From the IMG/VR virus record IMGVR_UViG_3300025141_000036, positions 1 to 64,000 of that record: a stretch of DNA of 64,000 nucleotides; one strand, given 5' to 3'. The stretch is from a virus. Under the pieces are notes generated by a model, which was given only the letters and a program-made list of their open reading frames with translations, had not been told where the DNA came from and ran no database searches. This document shows, piece after piece, positions 7,374-15,870 of the stretch. Each line of letters starts with the position of its first letter. Position 1 is the first letter of the stretch. The position numbers were made by a program, and so were the translations under genes.

Positions 7374-10300
7374 TAGATTTTAACCTTTGCATAGCCATCT
7401 ACTTTTTGAATGTCAATTGTCATGTCGACAATGTCTTTGAGGGATTCGAGATGGGAAATAAGTAGAACCGTTTTGAATTGTCCTTTGATCATCTGCAGGA
7501 GTCTAATAAACCCTTCCATATGCTCTTCGTCCAATGCTGTTGCTGGCTCGTCAAGGATAAATAGTTCGCTTTTCGGTAAATTGGTTACTGAAATTAAGGC
7601 TAAACGTATAGCCATTGAAGCAATTGTCTTCTCTGCTCCGGAGCCCATCGACAACGGTCGAGGATCATATTTGGGGTGTTTAATATAAATTTCTAATTTA
7701 TCTCCAACATTATCAAAGAAAACCTCAAAGTTAACAAGGGTATTAAGAATGTTAGAAATCTCTGAATTAATGATAGGGAGCATAGATTTAATTACTTGAT
7801 AAGAAACACCGTTGGCATGCATGGATTGAATGAATAAATCATAGGCAATATAATCTTTCTCTGCATCTTCGATCTGTCTAATTTTTTCTTTTGCCTCATC
7901 TATCTGTCGGCGGGTTGCTCCTTCTTCTGACATAAGACTTAGCACTTTCTTATTACACAAATCTGTGTCTTTTTCTTTCTTTATTATTGTGCTTTTAATA
8001 GCAGTGAGGTCTCTCTGCAAGGACTCGAGATTTTCGTAAGCCTCCTGGTTTTCATAGTAGTGACTAATCTTTGCTTCGATCTCTTGGATCTCCTTTGACG
8101 CAAGAGCCTTCTTACTCTCGTTTGCCTCGTTTTGCGCTTTAGTCTTTTGTATCTTCGATTCATTTGTTTTTACCTCTCTCATTTTTAAACTGTAATCAGT
8201 CAGTTCAGCTTTGATGTAAGTGATGTTAATAGCGCCTTTTTTCTCTGCTGTCAATTCTAGATCATACTCAAAACCCTTAAGGGCTCTTTGGGATTCTTGG
8301 ATTAGAGTCTTTGCTTCCTCTGCTTCCTTAACGAACTGGTTGTTGGAGCAATATTGACACTCCGGATCATATTCGTGGTCATGCAACAAGTCAATTTTGT
8401 TTTGATAATTGACTATCTCCATCTTAGTTGAACGAATATTCCTTTCTATAATTGAAATATCCTTTACAAGATCCTTGTGTTTTTCAACTTGGGACTCTCT
8501 AGAGTCAAGATCAAAACCCTCAATAAAGCCTCGTAAACGTGCTTTTAAGGCAACCAATTTCTTCAGGCGACTCTCACCATTAATTAAAGACTCGGAGGCT
8601 GTGGATAAGCTATTCTGCTTATTTAATAGTTCATCTTTCAAATCATCTATATCAAGCCAATCTGCTCCAACGTTGTTTAGTTGATCTTGAATTATTTTTT
8701 CTTCTTCTTGTAATTCTTTGGTTCTTGCTGTGTGTTTTTTGCAAAGAACAGTTTGGCACTCAACCTCTTCTTTAATCTCAATCAGAGCCTCTCGGCTCCA
8801 CTGAAGTTTTTTTCTCCAATCGGTTGAATTGAGATGCTTGATTACCCCTTTCATTTCAGCTGAATCTTTCTTTGCTAGTTTATGCTTCGCTTCAAACATC
8901 TTGAGATCTAGGAACTTTGCAAGAATTTCTTTACGCTTTGTAGAGCCCTCATTGATGAACCCGAAAGCATCTGTCTGAGATGCCATCGAAGTCAGCATGA
9001 AGTCATTAAAAGTTCCGAAGGTTTTTTGAATGTTGGAATCCGTTTCGTTTCGGGTGGTTCCGTTTTTACTTTCGTAGTGCTCACCTAGGGCATAGCGTGA
9101 AAAATCGAGTTCCGTTTTAGCTTCGTTGGTTTTAACACCTTTTAGGGTTTTTTCGTATTTTTCAAGATTTCTAGTAATCGTGTAGGAATCGTCGCCGACG
9201 CCGATCTCGAGTTGACACTTAGATTTTTGTTTATTTTGATTAATAATGTGGACATTCTTTCTTTCTCCTTTTGACGTTGCATTAAACAACCCAAACAAGG
9301 CAGCATCTATTATGCTTGATTTACCTGAGTAATTTTTTCCAAAGATTCCAACAAGACCGTTCAGTTTATCAAAATCAATTTCATTCTTTTCGCCGTAGTT
9401 AAATAGATTGTTCCACTTCATTTTACGCAGTTTCCATACAATATTCCTAGAAACATCTTCAGAGCCTTCTATTTGTTTGGAAAACTTTCTATTTAACTCC
9501 AGAACTTTGTCGAGAACCTCGGTTGTAATTTCCTTATCGGACAAAAAAACTTTTATATATTTCTCCTGTGTGTTGGGGTCTCGCATATTTATTCTCTTAC
9601 CGTCGTTATCAACAACAGCCTTAGAAGAATATCCTGCTTTGTTAACAAAATTAACAGAATGAGGATTCCATTTTATATTAGCATAATCGCAAGCTCTTCT
9701 TAATTTGACGAGTGGTAGATTATAATTTGATACCAATCTAAGTCTGGCATTTTTAGGTACATCTACTTTTGGTAGAGTTCCGTCTTGATTAATCTCAACG
9801 GTCACAAATGGCCGGGGCGACATAAATAACCTCTTCTCAACGTTGAAATTGTCTTTGTCTCGAATATTCCAGAGAAGATAACCTTTAAATAAAGATTCTC
9901 CAAAGTTCTGCTGAACTGTAGAGCCGGCATACCAAACGCGCTGATCCATATCTAAATATTGAGTTCTATGAATATCTCCAAGCATGGCGAAGTCAAAGTC
10001 TTTAAAAACATTGATGTCGTCCTCTCCGTTTTCTAGAGACCAACCATCATTGATTTGACATCCCATAATCGCCCCATGGTAAAGCGCAATGTTTACCTTA
10101 GATTGATCTGAGGGAGAGACCCAATTGTCCCGGTCAAACACCGAGAGGACATTCAGGCAGACCGAGTCAGTTAATTGGGTCTCTCCAGAGTTCTTTAATA
10201 AATGTAAGTTTGGATGCTTTAGTGCCTCAATAATTGGGGTTATAGCATCTTGACGATTCTCATTCTTAAGGTTGCCATCGTGGTTTCCTAGGATGATATA

Positions 10301-10522
10301 AGTCGGCGCGATATCTGCTAGGTTCTTTAAAAATTCTGATGTTAGCTCAAAATACTCAGGAGATAACTGTGTCTTTGTATGCGCCATATCTCCAGTGTGG
10401 ATAATATAGTCAGGACAATCTTGCTGCAGTCTATCGTAGATGTTTTTAAATACAATCCTATATTCTTCGTGATATTTTAAATTTCTTATGTGAGTGTCGC
10501 TAATGTGTGCAAAAGTAGTCAT
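7373..10522 (-). CDS. Fused Mre11/SbcD nuclease - Rad50/SbcC ATPase (T4 gp47-gp46 equivalent)
   Basis: Phosphoesterase motifs HISDTH, HTGD, GNHD, LGDIH. ABC motifs GKNYSGKSS, Q-loop, coiled coil with CQYC zinc hook, GSGAE signature, ILDEP, ISH. Confidence 0.93.
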   Translation of the reverse strand: MTTFAHISDTHIRNLKYHEEYRIVFKNIYDRLQQDCPDYIIHTGDMAHTKTQLSPEYFELTSEFLKNLADIAPTYIILGNHDGNLKNENRQDAITPIIEALKHPNLHLLKNSGETQLTDSVCLNVLSVFDRDNWVSPSDQSKVNIALYHGAIMGCQINDGWSLENGEDDINVFKDFDFAMLGDIHRTQYLDMDQRVWYAGSTVQQNFGESLFKGYLLWNIRDKDNFNVEKRLFMSPRPFVTVEINQDGTLPKVDVPKNARLRLVSNYNLPLVKLRRACDYANIKWNPHSVNFVNKAGYSSKAVVDNDGKRINMRDPNTQEKYIKVFLSDKEITTEVLDKVLELNRKFSKQIEGSEDVSRNIVWKLRKMKWNNLFNYGEKNEIDFDKLNGLVGIFGKNYSGKSSIIDAALFGLFNATSKGERKNVHIINQNKQKSKCQLEIGVGDDSYTITRNLEKYEKTLKGVKTNEAKTELDFSRYALGEHYESKNGTTRNETDSNIQKTFGTFNDFMLTSMASQTDAFGFINEGSTKRKEILAKFLDLKMFEAKHKLAKKDSAEMKGVIKHLNSTDWRKKLQWSREALIEIKEEVECQTVLCKKHTARTKELQEEEKIIQDQLNNVGADWLDIDDLKDELLNKQNSLSTASESLINGESRLKKLVALKARLRGFIEGFDLDSRESQVEKHKDLVKDISIIERNIRSTKMEIVNYQNKIDLLHDHEYDPECQYCSNNQFVKEAEEAKTLIQESQRALKGFEYDLELTAEKKGAINITYIKAELTDYSLKMREVKTNESKIQKTKAQNEANESKKALASKEIQEIEAKISHYYENQEAYENLESLQRDLTAIKSTIIKKEKDTDLCNKKVLSLMSEEGATRRQIDEAKEKIRQIEDAEKDYIAYDLFIQSMHANGVSYQVIKSMLPIINSEISNILNTLVNFEVFFDNVGDKLEIYIKHPKYDPRPLSMGSGAEKTIASMAIRLALISVTNLPKSELFILDEPATALDEEHMEGFIRLLQMIKGQFKTVLLISHLESLKDIVDMTIDIQKVDGYAKVKI

Positions 10523-10532
10523 GAGTCCTCCA

Positions 10533-10745
10533 TTACTTTCTTACTATAATATAACCCATATTGTATAGGTTGTCAAGTGTGAAATCTAATTTATAAAAAA
10601 TTAAAACCTCACAAACTATGCTTTTCATATAAGCCGAGTTGCCCGTTATAATTCTCATTTCAAGACCCCAGTGTTCATTGATAAAAATATGCAAAGCCTC
10701 CTCTACTTCCCAATGACGCAAGCCATGTAAGTCAAGCGTCTTCAT
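10533..10745 (-). CDS. Stand-alone Smr (MutS2 C-terminal) domain protein
   Basis: TLDLHG and RIITGNS motifs in a 70-aa protein. Confidence 0.8.
   Translation of the reverse strand: MKTLDLHGLRHWEVEEALHIFINEHWGLEMRIITGNSAYMKSIVCEVLIFYKLDFTLDNLYNMGYIIVRK
10548..10576 (-). promoter_or_regulatory. Sigma70-type promoter for Mre11-Rad50, embedded in the 3' end of the Smr gene
   Basis: TTGACA-17 nt-TATATT, followed by GGAGG SD before the ATG at 10522. Confidence 0.72.
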
Positions 10746-11592
10746 CTTTAAGGTCCTGCAGGATCAAGGGAACTTGAGCCTTCGAAGTCTTAAGAATTTT
10801 CAGGTAAGATTTAATAATTTTCTCATATTCCTCTTTGGAAGTATATTTTTTAAGGTAATAATGTATCGACATAAAATTATATAAATCCTCCCTAGTAAAT
10901 TTACCAAACAGCTGCGAGATCAAGCGGATGGCTTCTTCCGGTGATGTTGCTACAAAATTTTGAGTTTGTTTATCTTTTATGCCGTGTAGGTGAGAAAAAG
11001 TATAGCCTTTTGCGGAGAGCATTGCCACCATTAATTGTGTCCGATGCATTCCTTTAAGGTGTCCGGACTCGCCTGAATGGTAAGCAAATATTAACCAGGG
11101 AAGGTCACCTATCATCCAATCAATTTGAACATAACTTTCTCTTTGGCCAAAATAATCATATTGAGGAAACATTGAAAAAAGGTTACCCGTGGTTGTTTTT
11201 TTATTAGCCACATGGATCATCCCCTCTGTACTTATCGGGTGTGCTAGCAGTGTTAAGAAAGCCTTCAATTTACACATTTCATCAGTACTTGTTCTCGCTC
11301 TTGACCTTATATTTTCATAAAGAACCTGCCATTCATTATGACACACCCTATATTCACTAAGCTCCTCAGCGTTATACGGGGCGGCTTCAAATAAGTGTTT
11401 AAAATCCAAAGCCAAGTCCATATCGCCCGAAACCGGCTTTTTACCGACGCTACCAACAGGATAAAAGTTCTTAAACACATGCGCCTTTTCTGGAAAGATA
11501 AATCCTAAATGCTCTATATACTTTTTCAATGTTGGTCTAATGTTTTCGCGAACAATTGGACTCGCGTAGTCCTTGAATATATTACCGCCCAT
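10732..11592 (-). CDS. Pol-beta superfamily nucleotidyltransferase-like protein
   Basis: MGGNIF start, VGSVGKKPVSGDMDLAL (hG[S]...DxD) and a third Asp in VQIDWM. Confidence 0.68.
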   Translation of the reverse strand: MGGNIFKDYASPIVRENIRPTLKKYIEHLGFIFPEKAHVFKNFYPVGSVGKKPVSGDMDLALDFKHLFEAAPYNAEELSEYRVCHNEWQVLYENIRSRARTSTDEMCKLKAFLTLLAHPISTEGMIHVANKKTTTGNLFSMFPQYDYFGQRESYVQIDWMIGDLPWLIFAYHSGESGHLKGMHRTQLMVAMLSAKGYTFSHLHGIKDKQTQNFVATSPEEAIRLISQLFGKFTREDLYNFMSIHYYLKKYTSKEEYEKIIKSYLKILKTSKAQVPLILQDLKDEDA

Positions 11593-11899
11593 TGGTGCCT
11601 CCTTCTTGTGCTGTTATGAATATTTCCTCTATTTCTATACAATTTTCTTCTTGAAGTATTAAACTATACCACCAGCATCCGCCTTCATGATACATTTCTT
11701 GCTCCACATAAGAATCGTTAAGCAACAAAACAGAAACAGTCAAAGAGTCGAATTCATTACACACCCCTGCTGTTATTTCAATTTCGGTGTGACTCGGGTA
11801 ATCACAACAAGACCACTCATAAGCCTCTGTTGGTATCTCTATGTGAGATGTTTCTTGAGTTGGTACGTTTCCGCAACCTAGTAATAAATATAATAACAT
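11582..11899 (-). CDS. Putative lipoprotein
   Basis: MLLYLLLG|C lipobox; acidic and Cys-rich body; GGAGG SD. Confidence 0.6.
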   Translation of the reverse strand: MLLYLLLGCGNVPTQETSHIEIPTEAYEWSCCDYPSHTEIEITAGVCNEFDSLTVSVLLLNDSYVEQEMYHEGGCWWYSLILQEENCIEIEEIFITAQEGGTNGR

Positions 11900-11919
11900 A
11901 TGTCCTCCATGTTAATAAA

Positions 11920-12004
11920 TGGGATTAAAGGGACTTGAACCCTTACAGCCTATTTGGCCAACGGATTTTAAGTCCGTTGTGTCTACCTATTCCACCATAA
12001 TCCC
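11920..12004 (-). tRNA. trnL: tRNA-Leu(UAA), CCA end not encoded
   Basis: Acceptor stem GGGATTA/TAATCCC plus discriminator A; D-arm GGTGGAATAGGTAGACAC; anticodon arm ACGGA-CTTAAAA-TCCGT; long variable arm; T-arm AAGGG-TTCAAGT-CCCTT. Confidence 0.93.
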
Positions 12005-12940
12005 TTATAAGTTTCTTAATTGTTTCTCGAGAAAATACATGTCGCCATCTATATTCTCTGCTTTGTTTAATCTTTTTTGGAAGACCTCTGGTGACATCGA
12101 TCCAATGTCCTCATAACTTCCAATGTTTAATTTTTTAATTTCTAAATCATATTTCATCAGCGATCTAATAATCCAGTGCGCTTTCTTTTCGGCATCCGGG
12201 TCTAAAGCAATATAGACTGGTGTGTCATGAATTGCTATTGCTTGAAATAACTTTGAGTCTTCTCGAAGTGTTGAGCCGAGAATTGGAATTGCATTGTCTC
12301 CTGCCACAATAGCATCAAAGACACCCTCGACTATTATTACAGGCTCGTCCCAGTCGATATTAAGCTCATTAAAGACGATGTCTCGGCCACAGGGCGGATT
12401 AAGATAGCGACGACCATGCCCCACATATGAACGAGCAATAAAGTAATTACAATCTCCGTCGTCGTTAAAAGATGGGATGATGATTCTTCCGGCATATTTT
12501 CCTTTGGGGCAAAAGCCCATCTTCCAGTTTAGGATTTCTTTTTTTGTTACTCCTCGGCCTTGAAGGTAATCAAGAGGGGTCTGTGACCTAAGTGGCAGAT
12601 GTTTATTACAAAGCGAAATAAATTCTCTGGGCAAATCAACCACCTGTTTTTCTTCAACGTTGTTCATTTCATCAAATAGACCATCAAACTCAGAAAGATC
12701 AAGTCTTCCTTGCAGCTCCAGATACTTTTGTCTTTGCTGATATTTTCCAAACTTTCTTACAAGTCGATAAATGTTTTTTCCTCTCGCATCACACACCCAA
12801 CATTTAAAGGAGTTGATCGAGAAATTGACCGACATCTTTTTCTTGTGGTGTTTGCAAAACGGGCAGGAATATAAGTGTTCGTCGCCTGCACGACGATAGG
12901 AACCGAGTATGTCGGTTACGATCTTTCGTTTATCATTCAT
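12005..12940 (-). CDS. DNA primase (DnaG/T4 gp61-like)
   Basis: CPFC...CWVC Zn finger, RIIIP, Toprim IVEGVFD and ALDPD. Confidence 0.92.
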   Translation of the reverse strand: MNDKRKIVTDILGSYRRAGDEHLYSCPFCKHHKKKMSVNFSINSFKCWVCDARGKNIYRLVRKFGKYQQRQKYLELQGRLDLSEFDGLFDEMNNVEEKQVVDLPREFISLCNKHLPLRSQTPLDYLQGRGVTKKEILNWKMGFCPKGKYAGRIIIPSFNDDGDCNYFIARSYVGHGRRYLNPPCGRDIVFNELNIDWDEPVIIVEGVFDAIVAGDNAIPILGSTLREDSKLFQAIAIHDTPVYIALDPDAEKKAHWIIRSLMKYDLEIKKLNIGSYEDIGSMSPEVFQKRLNKAENIDGDMYFLEKQLRNL

Positions 12941-12957
12941 GTTGTCCTCTCAATTAT

Positions 12958-12985
12958 AATATAACTGGTTGAGAAGATTTGTCAA
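12958..12985 (-). promoter_or_regulatory. Sigma70-type promoter for primase
   Basis: TTGACA-16 nt-TATATT(ATAAT), then GAGAGG SD. Confidence 0.65.
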
Positions 12986-13524
12986 GAAAAAATCTTTTTT
13001 ATTTCTTCTTCATTGACATGATCTGGTATAAATTTATCAATTGGTTTCCCTGCAGCGAGGGCTTCTCTGAACTCTGTCGCTGAAACAAAGTCTTCCTGTT
13101 CGTAAGAATGTTGGATCTCAACGATGTTCGCAAAGGATTTAAAGTAACCCAAGAACCCTGCTTGGTATCCTGTGTCTTTTGACGACATCCCAAGAGAGAT
13201 TTGATTTTCCGTTTTGTCGTAATTTTCCTCAGCCCAATCAAACACATCAGCAAAAGGGTTCGTGTAGTGGCCGTTTTTGCCCTTTCTGACGCTTGCGCGT
13301 TGATAGATGACCTTTGGGTTATCCAAGATGCCGTAAAGCCTTAAAACGGCTTCTGCTTGCTCTATGGAGACTGCAAAGTCATCGCCAACTTTACGCTGAC
13401 GTTCTCCGCAGAAAATTCGAACCTCAGAAACTTCTGGGTTGTTAATATAGTGCATAAAGAATTTGTAGTGCCCTACATGGGGTGGCTTAAAGCCGCCGGG
13501 TATAAGTACAGTAATCATGTCCAT
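12982..13524 (-). CDS. HIGH-superfamily nucleotidyltransferase (cytidyltransferase-like)
   Basis: PGGFKPPHVGH and VSATEFREAL. Start reassigned to 13524 (GGAGG SD and promoter). Confidence 0.82.
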   Translation of the reverse strand: MDMITVLIPGGFKPPHVGHYKFFMHYINNPEVSEVRIFCGERQRKVGDDFAVSIEQAEAVLRLYGILDNPKVIYQRASVRKGKNGHYTNPFADVFDWAEENYDKTENQISLGMSSKDTGYQAGFLGYFKSFANIVEIQHSYEQEDFVSATEFREALAAGKPIDKFIPDHVNEEEIKKIFS

Positions 13525-13551
13525 GTGTCCTCCTAGTGCATGATAATATAT

Positions 13552-13580
13552 AATATAACGTGTTAAGTAGTTGTTGTCAA
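13552..13580 (-). promoter_or_regulatory. Sigma70-type promoter
   Basis: TTGACA-17 nt-TATATT in the intergenic gap. Confidence 0.75.
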
Positions 13581-13582
13581 AT

Positions 13583-14086
13583 CTAAAAGTGAGACAAAGC
13601 GACGACAATTGAATCGGCCATGTCATCTGTGCCGGGTTTTGGGTTTCCGTGTCGAGTTAGTTCAAAAATAAAATCTTCTGGATATCTTGCCGAGACCCAT
13701 TCAATAATTTTTTTCTTTGTGTTTTCGCCTCTTTTAATTTTGATGCCGCACTTAGACCTGGCTGATCTTGACGGAACGAGAACAGGAACCATATGAAAGC
13801 AGTGATACGCCATAAGCGAAATCATGCCGTTGAAGCGTTGCAATTTACTCATTGTTCCTGCCGTGGTTTTTCCACCAGAGAACATCGTGAAAGGCTCCTC
13901 TATTCGAACTTCCGTTACCTTATACTTGCGATCTATATCCTTTAAGGTATCGACAAAGAATTTCCAAGCCCTTTCCTCTAAGGGTTCTTTTTTAAATTTT
14001 ACAAAGCCGAAGACCAAAAGGTTTTGTTGATCATCAACAACACAGTATCCAATTTTGGATGTGCTTACATCTATTCCTAAAATCAT
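13583..14086 (-). CDS. ruvC: RuvC-like Holliday junction resolvase
   Basis: MILGIDVS, RIEEP and DDMADS catalytic motifs. Start reassigned to 14086. Confidence 0.88.
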   Translation of the reverse strand: MILGIDVSTSKIGYCVVDDQQNLLVFGFVKFKKEPLEERAWKFFVDTLKDIDRKYKVTEVRIEEPFTMFSGGKTTAGTMSKLQRFNGMISLMAYHCFHMVPVLVPSRSARSKCGIKIKRGENTKKKIIEWVSARYPEDFIFELTRHGNPKPGTDDMADSIVVALSHF

Positions 14087-14092
14087 ATACAT

Positions 14093-14121
14093 ATTATAAC
14101 ACATCTAAAGGTATGTGTCAA
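14093..14121 (-). promoter_or_regulatory. Perfect-consensus sigma70 promoter, probably giving a leaderless ruvC mRNA
   Basis: TTGACA-17 nt-TATAAT with extended TG; ATG 6 nt after the -10 box; no SD. Confidence 0.8.
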
Positions 14122-14137
14122 GTTTTATTTTATCTTA

Positions 14138-14665
14138 TTAGTAGTTGGACCTGTAATTGATATTTATAGTTGTCCCATGTTGGCCCCAATAATCAAGTAA
14201 TTCTTGGTCTCCACTATATTTTTCAATATGTTTTTCAAGTAGTTTTAATAGATCAGCATCTCTACCTTCGAGCTTCTCAAGGGCACTGGGGTCTCCATCG
14301 CTGGCCTTGTCTAAGGCTGCTGAGACTTTGGCCCATTCCATATTCATATCATGTTTGTCTTCTAATGGCTTTGAATCAATATACATATCAAGCATTCCCA
14401 AAAGAACATGATATGGGTTATATTCCACTTCTGCTTGTTGGGTTGTCTCTTCGCCACTAGGAGGGGCAGTATCGTCTGCTTGTGCAGTATTTGGGGCCCC
14501 CATCATTCCTAAAGCTAATGCGCCGCCGGCTAAAGCTTTTTGTAGCCACCCTTCTAGAAGCTTTTCTTCTTCGGTTATATCAGAATTAAATTCATAAAGG
14601 ACAGTTGGGTCTTGAGACTCCACAATAAATTTACGCCAGTTTTCCATAATTAATTTTTGCTTCAT
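14138..14665 (-). CDS. Leader-bearing protein (MKQKLIMENWRKFIVE) with an internal signal-peptide-like segment
   Basis: Second-family leader; LLE|GWLQKALAGGALALGMMGAPNTAQA|DD. Confidence 0.7.
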   Translation of the reverse strand: MKQKLIMENWRKFIVESQDPTVLYEFNSDITEEEKLLEGWLQKALAGGALALGMMGAPNTAQADDTAPPSGEETTQQAEVEYNPYHVLLGMLDMYIDSKPLEDKHDMNMEWAKVSAALDKASDGDPSALEKLEGRDADLLKLLEKHIEKYSGDQELLDYWGQHGTTININYRSNY

Positions 14666-14683
14666 GATATAATCCTTTTTATT

Positions 14684-14692
14684 ATAAATAGT
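14684..14692 (-). promoter_or_regulatory. Putative late-promoter motif ACTATTTAT
   Basis: The same CTATTTA core recurs in the rare intergenic gaps ahead of virion genes (18008-18016, 39111-39119). Confidence 0.45.
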
Positions 14693-14694
14693 TT

Positions 14695-15864
14695 CTATAG
14701 ATCTAGTTTCAATTTAAAAATGAATTCCCGATCTTCAGTTTTGCGGACGGGGGTTGCAAGTTTTGCGATTCCAATTAGATTTTTGTCTTTATCATAGAGT
14801 CCGATTTTGGAAATATAAGTCTCTTTCTGGAATGGCGGCAGTGTATCTGTATAATCAGATGGAACAACATTAACAAGGATTCTTTTACTTTCCTCATAAA
14901 TGTTTGAACCAGAGGTCACCGTTCCCAAGGAACCTGCTGAGTTCTTGTTATAGGTGGGGTTGTTTGAGTGATTTAATTGATTATAGGGTGCTTTTGCCAT
15001 AACAGTTAATGTTTGAACATGATTGGTCCCTTGGAATTCTAACGCATAAGAGGCGGTTAGTTGTGTATTTGTCACAGCAGTCAGCGAATTTCGAGGATAG
15101 GTTCCATCGTTAGATCCAAACCCAAATCTACACCACGAAGAGCTTGTGGTCGTCTCATATGCTAAATCCTCGTTGCTAATCTGGACCGAGGATGTTAATA
15201 GAATAATCCCTTCATTGTAAAGAACAGTGCCCACAATGCTACCAGTAGTCGTGCCGGAGACCTGAACTAGTTCGCCGTTAAAACGACTGTCTGATGCCTG
15301 TGCTGCCAATGATCCTGAGATAAAATACTTCAGGTTTACTGTTCCTTTTTTTATCGAACTTCCATAGAAAATAGAGGGGATGGAAATCATATTTACTTCT
15401 TTACCAGAACCATAATAGTCCGCAAAATTAAAACAATTAGAAAGGTAACGATAGTGATTAATAGTGTTAGTTAATGCCCTCAATCTTTTGTAGCTAGTAT
15501 CGGATTCCGAGGTAATCCTATATCGAGTGATTGAAGAAGATAGATTATAACTAGATGTAATTTTGTTTCCACCGTAGTTAAATTGAGTATCCCAATCCAA
15601 TTGTGATATTGATTTAAAGGTGGTCTTTTGGCCGTCTTTTATTACAAAAGGATAGATTCGTTGAGAGTCGGATCTGTTTATATTATACTCGTAAAGAGAA
15701 ATAAAATTTCTAGGTACGCCTGTGATATTGTCAGAATAAGTTCCTGAAATATAGTTTTGATCATTGACATAAATTGAACCAGACTGAACATAAAATTTTA
15801 CATTCGGATATGCTTCTATTGTGTTAACGAATAAATCATTCTCTCGAAGTTTAAAATATGGCAT
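14695..15864 (-). CDS. Baseplate/tail-fibre attachment protein (tail-collar-like C-terminus), paralog of 15871-17034
   Basis: NHSNNPTY and YISKIGLYDKDKNLIGIAKLATPVRK...KLDL. Confidence 0.65.
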   Translation of the reverse strand: MPYFKLRENDLFVNTIEAYPNVKFYVQSGSIYVNDQNYISGTYSDNITGVPRNFISLYEYNINRSDSQRIYPFVIKDGQKTTFKSISQLDWDTQFNYGGNKITSSYNLSSSITRYRITSESDTSYKRLRALTNTINHYRYLSNCFNFADYYGSGKEVNMISIPSIFYGSSIKKGTVNLKYFISGSLAAQASDSRFNGELVQVSGTTTGSIVGTVLYNEGIILLTSSVQISNEDLAYETTTSSSWCRFGFGSNDGTYPRNSLTAVTNTQLTASYALEFQGTNHVQTLTVMAKAPYNQLNHSNNPTYNKNSAGSLGTVTSGSNIYEESKRILVNVVPSDYTDTLPPFQKETYISKIGLYDKDKNLIGIAKLATPVRKTEDREFIFKLKLDL

Positions 15865-15870
15865 AACATT

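Noticed and set aside
11919-12116. 65-aa plus-strand ORF MGLKGLEPLQP...
   Set aside because: It is the antisense translation of the tRNA-Leu gene.
697-12940. Inteins, introns or homing endonucleases in terminase, Mre11-Rad50 or primase
   Set aside because: Lengths and motif spacing are normal; no intein, HNH, GIY-YIG or LAGLIDADG signatures seen.
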